Source: Eledone cirrhosa
Taxonomy: Eukaryota
Assembly: GCA_964016885.1 (NCBI GenBank)
Contig: CAXHJY010000021.1
Span: 1-64,000, forward strand
Length of the DNA: 64,000 bases
Reading direction: 5' to 3'
Shown here: positions 10,718 to 23,911 of the stretch, piece after piece
How the letters are laid out: each line of letters starts with the position of its first letter
Numbering within the stretch: the first letter of the stretch is position 1
The notes under the pieces: model-generated
The model's input: the letters and a program-made list of their open reading frames with translations, nothing else
The model's database searches: none
Told to the model about the DNA's origin: nothing
Made by a program: the position numbers and the translations under genes

Positions 10718-11361
10718 GCAGATTATGAAAATTTTCTGTATAAAATTAGAGTAAATTTTTTTTTATGTGTTGTAGTGATGGTGTTGTTTTGTACATTTTA
10801 AGAATATCTCTCTTGTGGGGTTTTATTTGGTTCAGAACGTAAAAGTTAATTAGTTGAAATAATTCTTATGAGATATGGTCACAAAAGGGTTAATGTAAAC
10901 ATTTTTAGTTGAATTACAAGCATAGTAATAATAAATGAAAATGTTAATTTTATATCAGTAAAACCTAAATTATTGATTACTTTGAAAACTGAGGCACTAG
11001 AAATATGGTTATAAAAGGGTTAACTCCTCAAACTGTCCATAATAAATCATCAAAGGTGGTGCCAAATGCAGATACAACGAAAGAAATAAAAAAATTCTTC
11101 ATATCACTTAATAAAGTGATAATTCTTTTTATTCTATAAATCTGATAATAAAAAAAAATCCTGGATATAAAGAGAAATAAACTCAGAACAGTTTAAAAGA
11201 TATTTTCAATAGAACTTCACCCTTTTGGTTCCAAAGTCTGAAACTGCACCTGGTACCATACAAAATTGCATATATATCTAAAACCGTTCCATTTTCATCT
11301 TCAATTTCACATCCATTTCTTCCCTATTTGTTATTTTCTAAAGACCAGCTTAATAATGCAA

Positions 11362-11650
11362 AGCCAAATGGTCTAATGGTTAGGATGCTTGTGTTTCGGT
11401 CGTAATAGCATCAATTCGATTCCAGGACAGAGACAGGCTGTTGCATTATTGTGTTCTTGAGCAAAACACTTTATTTCACGTTGCTCCAGTATACTCAGCT
11501 GAGATGAGTACTAGCAGTAGCTGGGGAGTTAAATCTGTGATAGACTGGTGTCATATCCAGGGAGAGTCTTGTACTCCCAGTCACTTAATGCCAAGGAAAC
11601 CGGGGATAAACACTTGCCTAATGAACTCTCAGCTAAGAACAAACTTTAAC
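11362..11650 (+). mobile_element. tRNA-derived SINE with CORE-like middle
   Basis: A-box-like TGGTCTAATGGTTAGG, B-box-like TTCGATTCC, then GTGTTCTTGAGCAAAACACTTTATTTCAC. Relatives at about 14085, 31190, 47140 (+) and 24160, 35990, 40680 (-). Confidence 0.65.
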
Positions 11651-11668
11651 TAACTAACTAGCTTAATA

Positions 11669-11830
11669 ATTGTTTCTACTTTAGGCAAGAGGCCAGCAAT
11701 TTGAAGGGGAGGGGAAAGTCGATTAAATTGACCCCAGTACTTACTGGTGCTTTATTTTATCAACCCCATAAGGATGAAAGGCAAAGCCAACCTCAGTGGG
11801 ATTTGAACTCAGAATGTAAAGCTCTATGCT
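11669..11830 (-). mobile_element. tRNA-derived SINE family 2 (GCCTTTCATCCTT..GGGGTCGATAAAATAAGTACCAG core)
   Basis: Reverse complement has a GAGTTCAAATCCC B-box followed by the core and a TAGAAACAATTATT tail. More than 10 copies in the window (about 14580, 16880, 22295, 22395, 22590, 37450, 40393, 42665, 45373, 50133, 52035). Confidence 0.7.
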
Positions 11831-12661
11831 GTAAGAGGTATTTAATTATTTGACTATATCCTTCCAAATTCTTATTTTCAAAATTATTTGAAAAAAAATC
11901 AAAGGCAATGTATGTCATTAGAAATATGGTAACAAAAGGATTAAATCTCAACCGTTTTTAAAGCTATTTGCTCTTAAAACAAAATTTTAAAAAAATGAAA
12001 TCAACTAAATTTGAAATGTTTGTACTTTCACTACAAATACTACAATATGTTGTATTTTCAAACACTGCATATACAACAATATATTGAAGCTGAATGCTGT
12101 ACTGCAGTCTAAAAGACAGAAAGCAGAACCACAGATGATTATTCTAAATATCAAATTTAACCCCTTCCATACCAAACCACCTATGATACAAAGCTGTTTG
12201 TCTTAAAGTGTTTATAGTCATCTAAAAACCTTCCATTATAATCGTATATAAAAACCTTTTAGTTCCAAATGCCAGTATAATAGTTTCTTATATTATTTCA
12301 AAAATCTAAGGCAGTGTATTTCATTAGAAATACGGTAATATAATAGTAGTTCTTCTAATTTTAGTTGCCTTCAGCTATTTTCCATCAAACAAATTTCTCT
12401 AACAACTTCCTGTTGAAGCAATTATTACATCTTTCAAATTTTATATTGCAAAATATATAAATTGGTGAGTTTATTCCTATTCAGAAAATTGTTTCTTTAT
12501 CAAATCAATAGAAAATATCCCAATCTCCTTCAGTACAAAATTATTCGAAAGCATAAAAGTAACATTACTTTTTTAAATTTATCAAATAATAAATTAATGG
12601 AGGTGTCCTCTAAATTCAACATGAAAAGTAGAATTAATTGTATGTTCAAGATTTGATACTA

Positions 12662-12911
12662 TTAACCTTTTGTTATCAAACCACCAGAAACTGTTTTTGA
12701 GTTCTAAGATACAAAGCTGTTTATTTCAAAGTGTTTATATTTGGTTAAAAATCTTTATCATAATTTTATTAAGTTAGTTTCAAATATCAGATAAATAATG
12801 AGAAAGTTAGTTAGCTACATTACTCAAGCCTCTAAATTCTTGATTATTTTAAAAATTAATTGAAACAAGTAGGCAATGCATTTCATTAGAAATATGGTAA
12901 CGAAGAGTTAA
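12662..12911. mobile_element. TTAA-flanked (piggyBac-type) MITE
   Basis: TTAA-CCTTTTGTTATC...GGTAACGAAGAG-TTAA. Related ends (ATATGGT.AC.AAAGGG-TTAA) at about 10890, 11020, 11940, 21483, 51020, 54070. Confidence 0.6.
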
Positions 12912-15900
12912 AGAAAGAATATATTATCAACAAAGTTCCGGACATTTCATCAATATAAACATAGCCAAGAATATTGATTATCAGTATCTCATCTAGGTAT
13001 CATATTCTTCAAATTGATGCAAAAATGAAAAATAATTTACTTGTGTACATAAATGGAAAAGACAAACAAAACTCATAGCAAGCTCCATAGTAAATACAAA
13101 AAAGAAAATATTAAAATTGATATTGTAAAATGGCATTACTGCAGCAGCTCGTTGTCAGAAAATTAAGAGAGACACACATTACAAAATACAACCCAAAAAT
13201 GTCAACTGGCGTTAACTGGAAGTAATATTTAACCACCTCTGTGTCTATGATGCAAAACATCTTTTAATGTATTCTAACACACTCGCCGAGCACCTGGCAG
13301 ATGCGGGGTTCAATTCCTCATAAGTGCTTCTGCCTATTCTTTTCTGTCTCTGCAGGGTAATTTGACCCAATGTTCTCAACTATCATTATAGTCATTTCTG
13401 CACAGGAATGACTACATTTCAAATTTCAACAATTTTATATCAGGTATTGTTAAATTATATTCCAGACATGAAATTAATAATCACAAAATTAGGCATTTTA
13501 CTAAATGTCATCAAATTCTTGGTTGTTTTTTCCATTGAATTATGTTTTAACACGCTATAATGATTTGGCAGAAAATAAATACAGGTTTGTTAATTCAAAT
13601 GTTTATAGTATTTTTGAGTGGACAGATTGTTGTAAAAATTTCCAGTATTGGAGTAATGACTAATTTTTAATGTGGTACAGTTGTACTTTTCAAGAATGTT
13701 TTGCTAATGCAGTTTCATGTGGCGCAGGACATTAATAGTTAAAAGTCATACATAGTATATCTTAATAGAAATATGATCATGAAAGGAGTAAGAATCCATC
13801 TTCAAAACAGCTTTATCAACATTTACAATTAGACAGATCCATTGTAAAGGTAATGCAATTTACTGTAAATGACAACCAGTAAAAAATATAAATCTGAATG
13901 ACAAATAGCCATCAAATCCACCATCACTAAAGCAAATAAAATGCCTGCCAACAGCATTATAAATCAAACAGCAGGCATAAATGAAACCTCAACCATGAAA
14001 TCTTTCATTACTAACTTAACAAAAACAAAATGCAATCTAGTAGCAAATTTATATTTCTCAGCAACTAAATGTTCTTGAAGTGAAGGTGCGTGGCTTAGTG
14101 GTTACATAGTTGGATTCACAATGGTGAGGTTGCAGGCGATGAATTATGTCCTTGAGCAAGACACTTTATTTCATGTTGCTCTTTCTGCCAGGAGTTGTGA
14201 CTGGTAGATAGTATTAGCAATTGGAAGGACCAATGTTTCTGGTCTGACAAGTTCACCACACTCAGTAAGCGAATGAGGCCTGGGATCTTGTCAATCGTCT
14301 TATCAATCAGTAAATGTTCTTGAATCAGTGCCTCAAGAAAAATGCTATGTAAACATTTCTCTGAAGATATTAATTTTCTTCTTGATTAAACAATATACAA
14401 ACTAAAAATGAAGCTGCTAATTGTAAAAATAATCAAATGTTTCCAAATGATTAAAAAGCCCAAACGATGCATAAAAAAAATTAAAATGTAGTGTTTTATT
14501 CAGATTTTACAGTCTAAAGAGTCTATCATCATCATTATCATCGTTTTACGTCCACTTTTCCATGCTTGCTTGGACAGTAAATATGGTTTCTGATTTAGGC
14601 ACAAGGAAAAGTCAACGCCAGTGCGTTACTGGTACTTTAATTTATTGACCCTGTAAATATGAATGGCGAAGCTAACCATGGCAGGATTTGAACTTAGAAT
14701 GTAAAGGGATGTAACTATGTATTGCAAAGCATGTTGTCCAACGCTCTACTGATACTGCCAATCCACAGTCATTTCCAACATCAGTAAATATAACATTGTA
14801 TATTTACTGATGATAGACTCAGACTGAAAATTCTGAATAAATCATAATAATCATCATCGTTTAACATCCATCTTCCACGCTAGCATGGATTGGACGGGCT
14901 GTCCCTATGCGAGAGATCAGGTTGGGGGGATCATGATTTGCTCACATAGAACTGATTTTAGCTTGGTTTCTACAGCTGGATGCCTTCCCAATGCCAACCA
15001 CATTTACAGTGGGTGCAGAGTGCTTTTTGTCGTGACACCTACATGACCACTTTACAGTGTGGACTGAGTGCTTTTTGTTATGACACCTACACATGGGTGC
15101 TCGCTTTTGTCATGACACCTACATGTCCACAACATGTTTTAATTATTTTTATGCATCATTTTGCCTTTTTAGTCATTTAAAATTATTATATTATCGCAAT
15201 GCTTAGGAAAACTACCTCGAAACTTAATCATAAATGTAATTTCTGACCTAATTGATACTATAGGATATGCTATATATTAACTTCCCACTATCTTCACTCC
15301 AATAAAACAGAAAAGTTAAAAAATAAAAATGAAACTATATACATATATATATATTTCAGTATTGAAAGAGATAAAAGAAAAGAGACAAAAAATATAATTA
15401 TAGCTTAGAATTGTTTGGGGAAAACTAGTACAAAACAAGTTAGAAGTACAGGAGTGAAAACTAAAGTAAAATTAGAAAAAGAAAACATCAGTTAACACTT
15501 TTATCTTTTGATATTTGAGTGTTAGTATCCATTTTTCAAAAAGAAGAAAATAGACTATAATTGTGATGAAAGAGTGGTTCTAACGTTAAAATATCATAAA
15601 ATATAAAGTAAATGTGTAAACTGTTTTATTTTTCTAAACTTACTCTTCTCTAGAGTTTTCACATTTGTATTTCTAATTTGAATAGTACTGGCATTCCCAA
15701 AACAATTCTAATCACATAAATGCTTTATATAAACTATAATTATAACTACTTGTGAAAGGAAATAAAAATAAAAAAATTCTCAAGCTAGAATCAGAAATGG
15801 TGATAAATCAGCAAGTTTAAGTAATGAAAGAACAAACCAAAAATGTCCACACTATGTTCATCATTTTAATAGAGCGGCAGCGGGGGAGAGTCTATACACA

Positions 15901-17030
15901 GATAAACAATATGTATAAGCTAAATAAATGGATTTCGGCTGCAGTATTGGAAATGGAAGGGGAAAGGCAAAACAAAAGATATATAGTTTTTTTTTTTAGT
16001 TTTTTTTTTTTTGTTTTTTTATCAGGAAATTTCATTTAATAATACTTCTCTAGCCTAGAAATGTTTCACTTTCTTTTTAAACTAAAGAGGTCTTTGAAAG
16101 AACAACAACACATTCAGTTATCCACACAGTGAAATTGAAGACGGTCTCAGAAAGAGCTTGCACAGATTGACTTTCAAAAAACAAATCAGTTGGACATTTT
16201 TTTTGTTTGTCTTTAAATGCATGTTTTGGTTGTTTGTTGTTTTTTTTTTTTGGTTTTTTTTTTTTACTATATTTTTTTTTCATTCTATTTTTAAAAGGAG
16301 AGTTCTTTTACATGTGGACAAAATCACGTTGAAACATATTCTCATATGAAGAACCTTAAATAGAAAGTAACAAGGATCAGATTAAAAAATTCAAAAGCTA
16401 AGACTAAAAAAGAAAAACAGCAATAACAAAAAACACTAAAATCTCAAAACTTTTATAAAGAAATCGCCATGGAATAATTTGATTGAATTCTAGAAATATT
16501 TCCAAATATTTTCAGCAAAAACTGTTTCATTTAGACAAAACTAAGTAGACAAATTGGAAATTTCAATATTACTTTCTACCTTTAGAAAAAGAAAGAAAAA
16601 ATATCAACACCATGATAATCCTCTATCTATAGAAAATATATATTCTAAAATCAGAAAATATTAGCATAACAAATAACTTTAAAAAAATAAAAACAAAAAT
16701 TAACATCCTATTTCTAAACATCAAATACAAATAACACTGAATAGAAGTGTAAGGTTTTAACGCTAACAACGTAGCTATTAGTGTATGTATGTATGTATGT
16801 AATTTTTTTTAATTCTAGAATTTAAGGAAACTGCTGATGAGTTCCATCAGCAAAAACTGATGATAATAATAATGATGATTTCAGATTTAGGCACAAGGCC
16901 AGCAATTTTGGGGAGAGGGAAAAGTCAATTAAATCGACCCCAGTGTGTTACTGGTACTTTATTTTATTGACACCTTAAGGATGAAAGGCAAAGCTAACCT
17001 TGGTGGGATGATAATAATAATAATAATAAT

Positions 17031-17455
17031 AAATGCTTCTTAATTGACATGAGCATTCCATCAGATCGTAACATCTTCCCAAAAGAGTTCAGAAAGCTCA
17101 TTAAATATAAAGATCTGACAATTGGAATTGAGAAAATGTGGCATGTTAATGTCTGCACAATACCAATAATAGTTGGTGCACTTGGAATGGTAAAAAGGGG
17201 AACTGAAAAATATCTGGACCAGATAAATGAAAAGCCATCTCTGCAAGAGATACAGAAAATAGTGTTGACTGGACCTGTCCATGTCCTGAGAAAGACAGCA
17301 TTACCAATTTAAAAACCTTACAAAGACATTTTCTGTTGTTTATACCCTTATGGCATCATTTGTATGATGAATGTAAAATGTGTATACTACCAAATTTTGC
17401 CTCAGGTGACAGGTTGACACTTGGCATAATATTAGAAAGAAGCAGGAAGTTTCAA
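17031..17455 (+). mobile_element. R4/Dong-clade non-LTR retrotransposon, 3' fragment (restriction-like endonuclease C-terminus + 3' UTR)
   Basis: LIDMSIPSDRNI..KE..K..KYKDL..IEKMW...IPIIVGALG...LQEIQKIVLTG..HVLRK is the typical R4/Dong C-terminus; flanked by (AAT)n on both sides, the known Dong target. Confidence 0.85.
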
Positions 17456-18185
17456 ATAATAATAATAATAATTGTTTCTACTTTTGGCACAAGGCCAAAT
17501 AATAATGATAATAATAGGCAAATAAAATTCATAATTCAATAAAGGGCTCTGCTCTCCAAAACATCAAACTCACCTCTCTTCACATCACATTAACTTATTT
17601 AAAGTTTTAATAACCTTTATTATAAATTGGTGGCTCTAACATGTTAAAAGTTTGCTTTGCAATCATTAGGTCCTAGTTTCAATCCCACTGCATGATATCT
17701 TGAGTAAGTGTTATTTACCAAAACCACAGGTCGATCCATGCATTGTGAGGGAAATTGGGTGGACAGAAACTGTTTGGAAGCCTGTCAGATGAACTGTACT
17801 TACAATTCAAAGGGCCAGCATTGTCACACAATGTGTCAAATTCAATCTCCCTGAGAATTTACATTAAGAAAACATGTTCGTGGAATGCTCAGCCACATGT
17901 ACATTAATTTCATGAGTCAGCTGCTCCATTGATTGAACAATTGGAACACTCATTGTCGAAACTGACAGAGCCCCATTCCATTATAAATTAGCTGCTTAAT
18001 TTCCTTTTCAAACAAATCAACTGAACATTTCTGAACCTTTTCTATTGCATGCAAACAATTGGGGAAGCAAAGGAAATATATATATATAATTGAAGCAAAG
18101 CATTGTACTGGAGGCATGCAAAAAGAAAAGGGCAAAAGAGACAAGAAAAGAGCAGACATCCAGAACAACAAAGCAAAGACCACTG

Positions 18186-21100
18186 ACATTGACTGGTCAT
18201 ATAGTAGTACCCCAGCACATTTGACTGGTCATATAGTAGTACCCCAGCACATTTGACTGGTCATATAGTAGTACCCTGGCAACTTTGACTGGTCATATAA
18301 TAGTACCCCAGCACATTGACTGTTCATATAGTAGTACCCCAGCACATTGACTGGTCATATAATAGTACCCCAGCACATTGACTGGTCATATAGTAGTACC
18401 CCAGCACATTTGACTGGTCATATAGTAGTACCCCAGCACATTTGACTGGTCATATAATAGTACCCCAGCACATTGACTGTTCATATAATAGTACCCCAGC
18501 ACATTGACTGTTCATATAGTAGTACCCCAGCACATTGACTGGTCATATAGTAGTACCCCAGCACATTGACTGGTCATATAATAGTACCCCAGCACATTGA
18601 CTGGTCATATAGTAGTACCCCAGCACATTTGACTGGTCATATAATAGTACCCCAGCACATTGACTGGTCATATAGTAGTACCCCAGCACATTGACTGGTC
18701 ATATAGTAGTACCCCAGCACATTGACTGGTCATATAGTAGTACCCCAGCACATTGACTGTTCATATAATAGTACCCCAGCACATTGACTGGTCATATAGT
18801 AGTACCCCAGCACATTGACTGGTCATATAGTAGTACCCCAGCACATTTGACTGGTCATATAATAGTACCCCAGCACATTGACTGTTCATATAATAGTACC
18901 CCAGCACATTGACTGTTCATATAGTAGTACCCCAGCACATTTGACTGGTCATATAGTAGTACCCCAGCACATTGACTGGTCATATAGTAGTACCCCAGCA
19001 CATTGACTGGCCATATAGTAGTACCCCAGCACATTTGACTGGTCATATAATAGTACCCCAGCACATTTGACTGTTCATATAATAGTACCCCAGCACATTG
19101 ACTGTTCATATAGTAGTACCCCAGCACATTTGACTGGTCATATAGTAGTACCCCAGCACATTGACTGGTCATATAGTAGTACCCCAGCACATTGACTGGT
19201 CATATAGTAGTACCCCAGCACATTTGACTGGTCATATAGTAGTACCCCAGCACATTGACTGGTCATATAGTAGTACCCCAGCACATTTGACTGGTCATAT
19301 AATAGTACTCCAGCACATTGACTGGTCATATAGTAGTACCCTAGCACATTGACTGTTCATATAATAGTACCCCAGCACATTGACTGTTCATATAGTAGTA
19401 CCCCAGCACATTTGACTGGTCATATAGTAGTACCCCAGCACATTGACTGGTCATATAATAGTACCCCAGCACATTGACTGGTCATATAGTAGTACCCCAG
19501 CACATTTGACTGGTCATATAATAGTACCCCAGCACATTGACTGGTCATATAGTAGTACCCCAGCACATTGACTGTTCATATAATAGTACCCGAGCACATT
19601 GACTGTTCATATAGTAGTACCCCAGCACATTGACTGTTCATATAGTAGTACCCCAGCACATTGACTGTTCATATAGTAGTACCCCATCACATTTGACTGT
19701 TCATCTAGTAGTACCCCAGCACATTTGAGTGGTCATATAGTAGTACCCCAGCACATTGACTGGTCATATAGTAGTACCCCAGCACATTTGACTGGTCATA
19801 TAATAGCACCCCAGCACATTGACTGTTCATATAATAGTACCCCAGCACATTGACTGGTCATATAGTAGTACCCCAGCACATTGACTGTTCATATAGTAGT
19901 ACCCCAGCACATTTGACTGTTCATCTAGTAGTACCCCAGCACATTTGAGTGGTCATATAGTAGTACCCCAGCACATTGACTGGTCATATAGTAGTACCCC
20001 AGCACATTTGACTGGTCATATAATAGCACCCCAGCACATTGACTGTTCATATAATAGTACCCCAGCACATTGACTGGTCATATAGTAGTACCCCAGCACA
20101 TTGACTGGTCATATAGTAGTACCCCAGCACATTGACTGGTCATATAGTAGTACCCCAGCACATTGACTGTTCATATAGTAGTACCCCAGCACATTGACTG
20201 TTCATATAGTAGTACCCCAGCACATTTGACTGGCCATATAGTAGTACCCCAGCACATTGACTGTTCATATAGTAGTACCCCAGCACATTTACTGTTCATA
20301 TAGTAGTACCCCAGCACATTGACTGTTCATATAGTAGTATCCCAGCACATTTGACTGGTCATATAGTAGTACCCCAGCACATTGACTGTTCATATAGTAG
20401 TACCCCAGCACATTTGACTGGCCATATAGTAGTACCCCAGCACATTGACTGTTCATATAGTAGTACCCCAGCACATTTGACTGGTCATATAGTAGTACCC
20501 CAGCACATTGACTGGTCATATAGTAGTACCCCAGCACATTTACTGTTCATATAGTAGTACCCCAGCACATTAACTGTTCATATAGTAGTACCCCAGCACA
20601 TTGCCTGGCAATATAGTAGTACCCCAGCACATTGCCTGGCCATATAGTAGTACCCCAGCACATTGACTGTTCATATAGTAGTACCCCAGCACATTGACTG
20701 GTCATATAGTAGTACCCCAGCACATTTGTCTGTTCATATAGTAGTACCCCAGCACATTTGACTGGCCATATAGTAGTACCCCAGCACATTGCCTGGCCAT
20801 ATAGTAGTACCCCAGCACATTGCCTGGCCATATAGTAGTACCCCAGCACATTGACTGTTCATATAGTAGTACCCCAGCACATTGACTGGTCATATAGTAG
20901 TACCCCAGCACATTGACTGGTCATATAGTAGTACCCCAGCACATTTGTCTGTTCATATAGTAGTACCCCAGCACATTTGACTGGCCATATAGTAGTACCC
21001 CAGCACATTGCCTGGCCATATAGTAGTACCCCAGCACATTTGACTGGCCATATAGTAGTACCCCAGCACATTGCCTGGCCATATAGTAGTACCCCAGCAC

Positions 21101-21416
21101 ATTGCCTGGCCATATAGTAGTACCCCAGCACATTGACTGTTCATATAGTAGTACCCCAGCACATTGACTGGTAATATAGTAGTACCCCAGCACATTTGAC
21201 TGGTCATATAGTAGTACCCCAGCACATTGACTGTTCATATAATAGTACCCCAGCACATTGCCTGGCCATATAGTAGTACCCCAGCACATTTGACTGGTCA
21301 TATAGTAGTACCCCAGCACATTGACTGGTCATATAGTAGTACCCCAGCACATTGACTGTTCATATAATAGTACCCCAGCACATTGACTGTTCATATAATA
21401 GTACCCCAGCACATTG
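18186..21416. repeat. Minisatellite, ~103 tandem copies of a 31/32-bp unit ACAT(T)TGACTG(G/T)TCATATA(G/A)TAGTACCCCAGC
   Basis: Directly visible; head-to-tail with no spacers. Confidence 0.97.
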
Positions 21417-21482
21417 TACTGTATATTTCCTTCACATGAAACTGAACCTTTGTAAATTTAACATTTGTGAACATTACAAGAT

Positions 21483-21836
21483 TTAACTCTTTCATTACCA
21501 TATTTCTAATGAAATTCACTGTATTTGGATTAATTAATAAAGAATTTGGAAGGATTTACAAAAGGTTTCTTATATCAAATTACATTGGAAGATATAAAAT
21601 TAAGTAGGAACCCTTTAAAATGGTTGGGTTTTGTTTCATAGAATGAGGGTTAGTTTTGGGTAGGTTGGTCTCAAAAGGGTTAAATTACGTAGGAATCCTT
21701 TAAAATGGGTGGGTTGTTTCATAAATCCGAGGCAGTTTTGGGCAGGTTGGTTTTAAAAAGGTTAAATTAAACCCTTTAAAATAAGGTGGGTTTTGTTTCA
21801 TAGAACCAAGGGCAGATTAGTCTCAAAAAGGTTAAA
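21483..21836. mobile_element. TTAA-type MITE with a triplicated ~80-bp terminal segment
   Basis: Starts TTAACTCTTTCATTACCATATTTC; the unit AACCCTTTAAAAT...CATAGAA...AAAAGGGTTAA occurs three times (about 21610-21835). Confidence 0.55.
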
Positions 21837-23809
21837 TATGGAAGTTTAATCCAAAATTTCTTTGTTGTTACAAAGGTTTTAAGTTTGCTACAACCAACAT
21901 CCAATTTCAGGAAAGACAGTCACAACCTTTTGGAACAAAATAGCAAGTTTGACATTATTAGATTGCAATAAAATTCACTCCCAGATTTTATCTTAAAATT
22001 ATACAATGAAATATTAAAACTATATTAATTATGTCATAAAATGAATAATTTCTACCAGTATCGGTAGATGATAACTGTTGTTCCACTTTATGATTCTGAA
22101 CATGAAACTGAATACACATTTTTAATGAAACTTGTTGATATTGCTAAACAAAAAATTAAAAAATTTATTTTTAAAAAAAAGGGGGGGGGGGGGGATATAG
22201 TTGCTTTGTTGTGTTATGGAGGAGGGGGGCTTAATCCATGTCAATTAACAGCTGACATCAACAAGTGACATTTTAATATTGTTTTTAGTATAATAATTGT
22301 TTCTACATTTAGCACAAGGCCAGCAATTACCCAGTACATTACTGGTACTTTATTATATCGACCCCGTATGGATGAAAGGCAAAGTTAGCCTCGATTTCTA
22401 ATTTAGGCACAAGGCTAGCAATTTTGAGGAGAGAGGAAAACCAATTATATCAACCCCAGAAGAATGAAAAGCAAAATTGATCTCAGTGGAATTTTGAACT
22501 CAAAATGTAAGGAACCAGAACAAATACCATACAGCACTTTCCTGGAACTCTATCAACTGCCAGTCCTCCATTACCAATAGTAATAATAATTCTAACATTG
22601 ACACAAGGGAAGCAATTAGGGCGGGTGGGTGGGGGGATTATATCAACCCCAGTACTTAACTGGTACTTTATCAACCTTGGAAGAACAAAAGCAAAGTTGA
22701 CCTCTGCAGGATTTGAATTCAGAACTTAGAAAGTCATAACCACATGCTGCAAAGCATTTGTTTGCCACTCTAATCATTCTGCCAATCCACTGCCTGACCA
22801 AAAGTAATACTAGTCGTAACATTAGTGGTATATATAGTAATAATAAATAAATAAAAGTCATAAACACTTAGATTAACTTTTATTTTTAGCTGGAAAAAAA
22901 AAATGTAAATTAGAAGCTATGAATATGAAATAAGATAGAATTTTGAAGTTTTCCTTAACAGCCAGATGAATGAGAATTACCAAAGACCACTCAAAGAAAG
23001 AGTTGAGGATATTGTGAGGAGAAGAAAGAAAAACAAAATCCCAAAGATCTTGAATTCTAAGAGAAGCACTCAGACTTTCTGAGACAAGCAAGCAACTGGG
23101 AGTTGTCTCACACACAAAATTGTATAACATAACATTAGAATTGATAAATATAACAAACAAATGATTATAAAACTGGAAGGGAAAAAAAATAATCAATGGT
23201 GGCTTAGCCACAAAGCCAAGTTCCCATTACTGAAAGAGCCCAAATAACTCAAAGTCACAAAGATTCTGAGATGACAATAACAGTGAGATTCTGAACAAAT
23301 TTAAAAGCAAAAACAAAAGAAGTAAATGACCCCCAGAAGCATTTTTGATTCACGAGTGTAAAAAGGATTGTTTCTCTAGAAAATGTTTAGCCACAACTAA
23401 CAAAACAGGAATTCTGAGATGATGATAACAGAAAAATTATGAATAAATAAAAAATAAAAAAGAGAATAAATAAATAAACACCCCCAGATTCAGTTCTGAT
23501 CAATGAATGCAATAAGATTACTCTAGAAAATCTTTAGAAAAGCATATATATTATTAAAAAGGCAAAAAAAAACTTAATGTCACCCTCAGCTCACAAAAGA
23601 ACATAAAAGAAACAATAGAAACAGTAACAATAACAACAACAACAAGTACCTGAAGTTTTTAGAAGTTTTTTTTTTTAATACGTCATAGAAAAATGTTTAA
23701 AAATAAAAAGGTGAGAATGGGGTAAAAATTCAAAATACTAAGAAATAGTCATGATAGTATATCAAGAATCAGTTATTTAACAGCCTTGCAGGTAAACTAG
23801 TGTACTTAC

Positions 23810-23911
23810 AGAGTGGTATCAAATTTGTTTGGACAACCCCTTGTTGAGCAATTACTTGAGTATTATCTGTTAAACCATTTAATATTCCGTTGATATAGGA
23901 AGACTGATTTC
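23810..23911 (-). CDS. CARM1: CARM1 C-terminal-tail exon (GNQSSYINGILNGLTDNTQVIAQQGVVQTNLIPL); splices at 23810 or reads through to TGA at 23771-23769
   Basis: Polypyrimidine tract + tattAG, phase-1 compatible with the previous exon, open frame, ends NLIPL as in the vertebrate CARM1 tail, followed by GTAAGT. Confidence 0.7.

Noticed and set aside
13283-13330. tRNA-like B-box (GGGGTTCAATTCCTC); similar heads at 11365, 14085, 31190
   Set aside because: No complete cloverleaf; these are decayed tRNA-derived SINE heads, not tRNA genes.
16829-16865. CTGATGA within the hairpin TGCTGATG-AGTTC-CATCAGCA, as a possible hammerhead or C/D box
   Set aside because: No correctly placed GAAA box or stems; a short chance hairpin.
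18186-21416. Regular ~31-bp repeats resembling a CRISPR array; repetitive ORFs (MLGYYYMTSQCAGVLLY…)
   Set aside because: Units are head-to-tail with no unique spacers, there are no cas genes, and the context is eukaryotic. The ORFs arise from 31/32-bp units cycling through frames.
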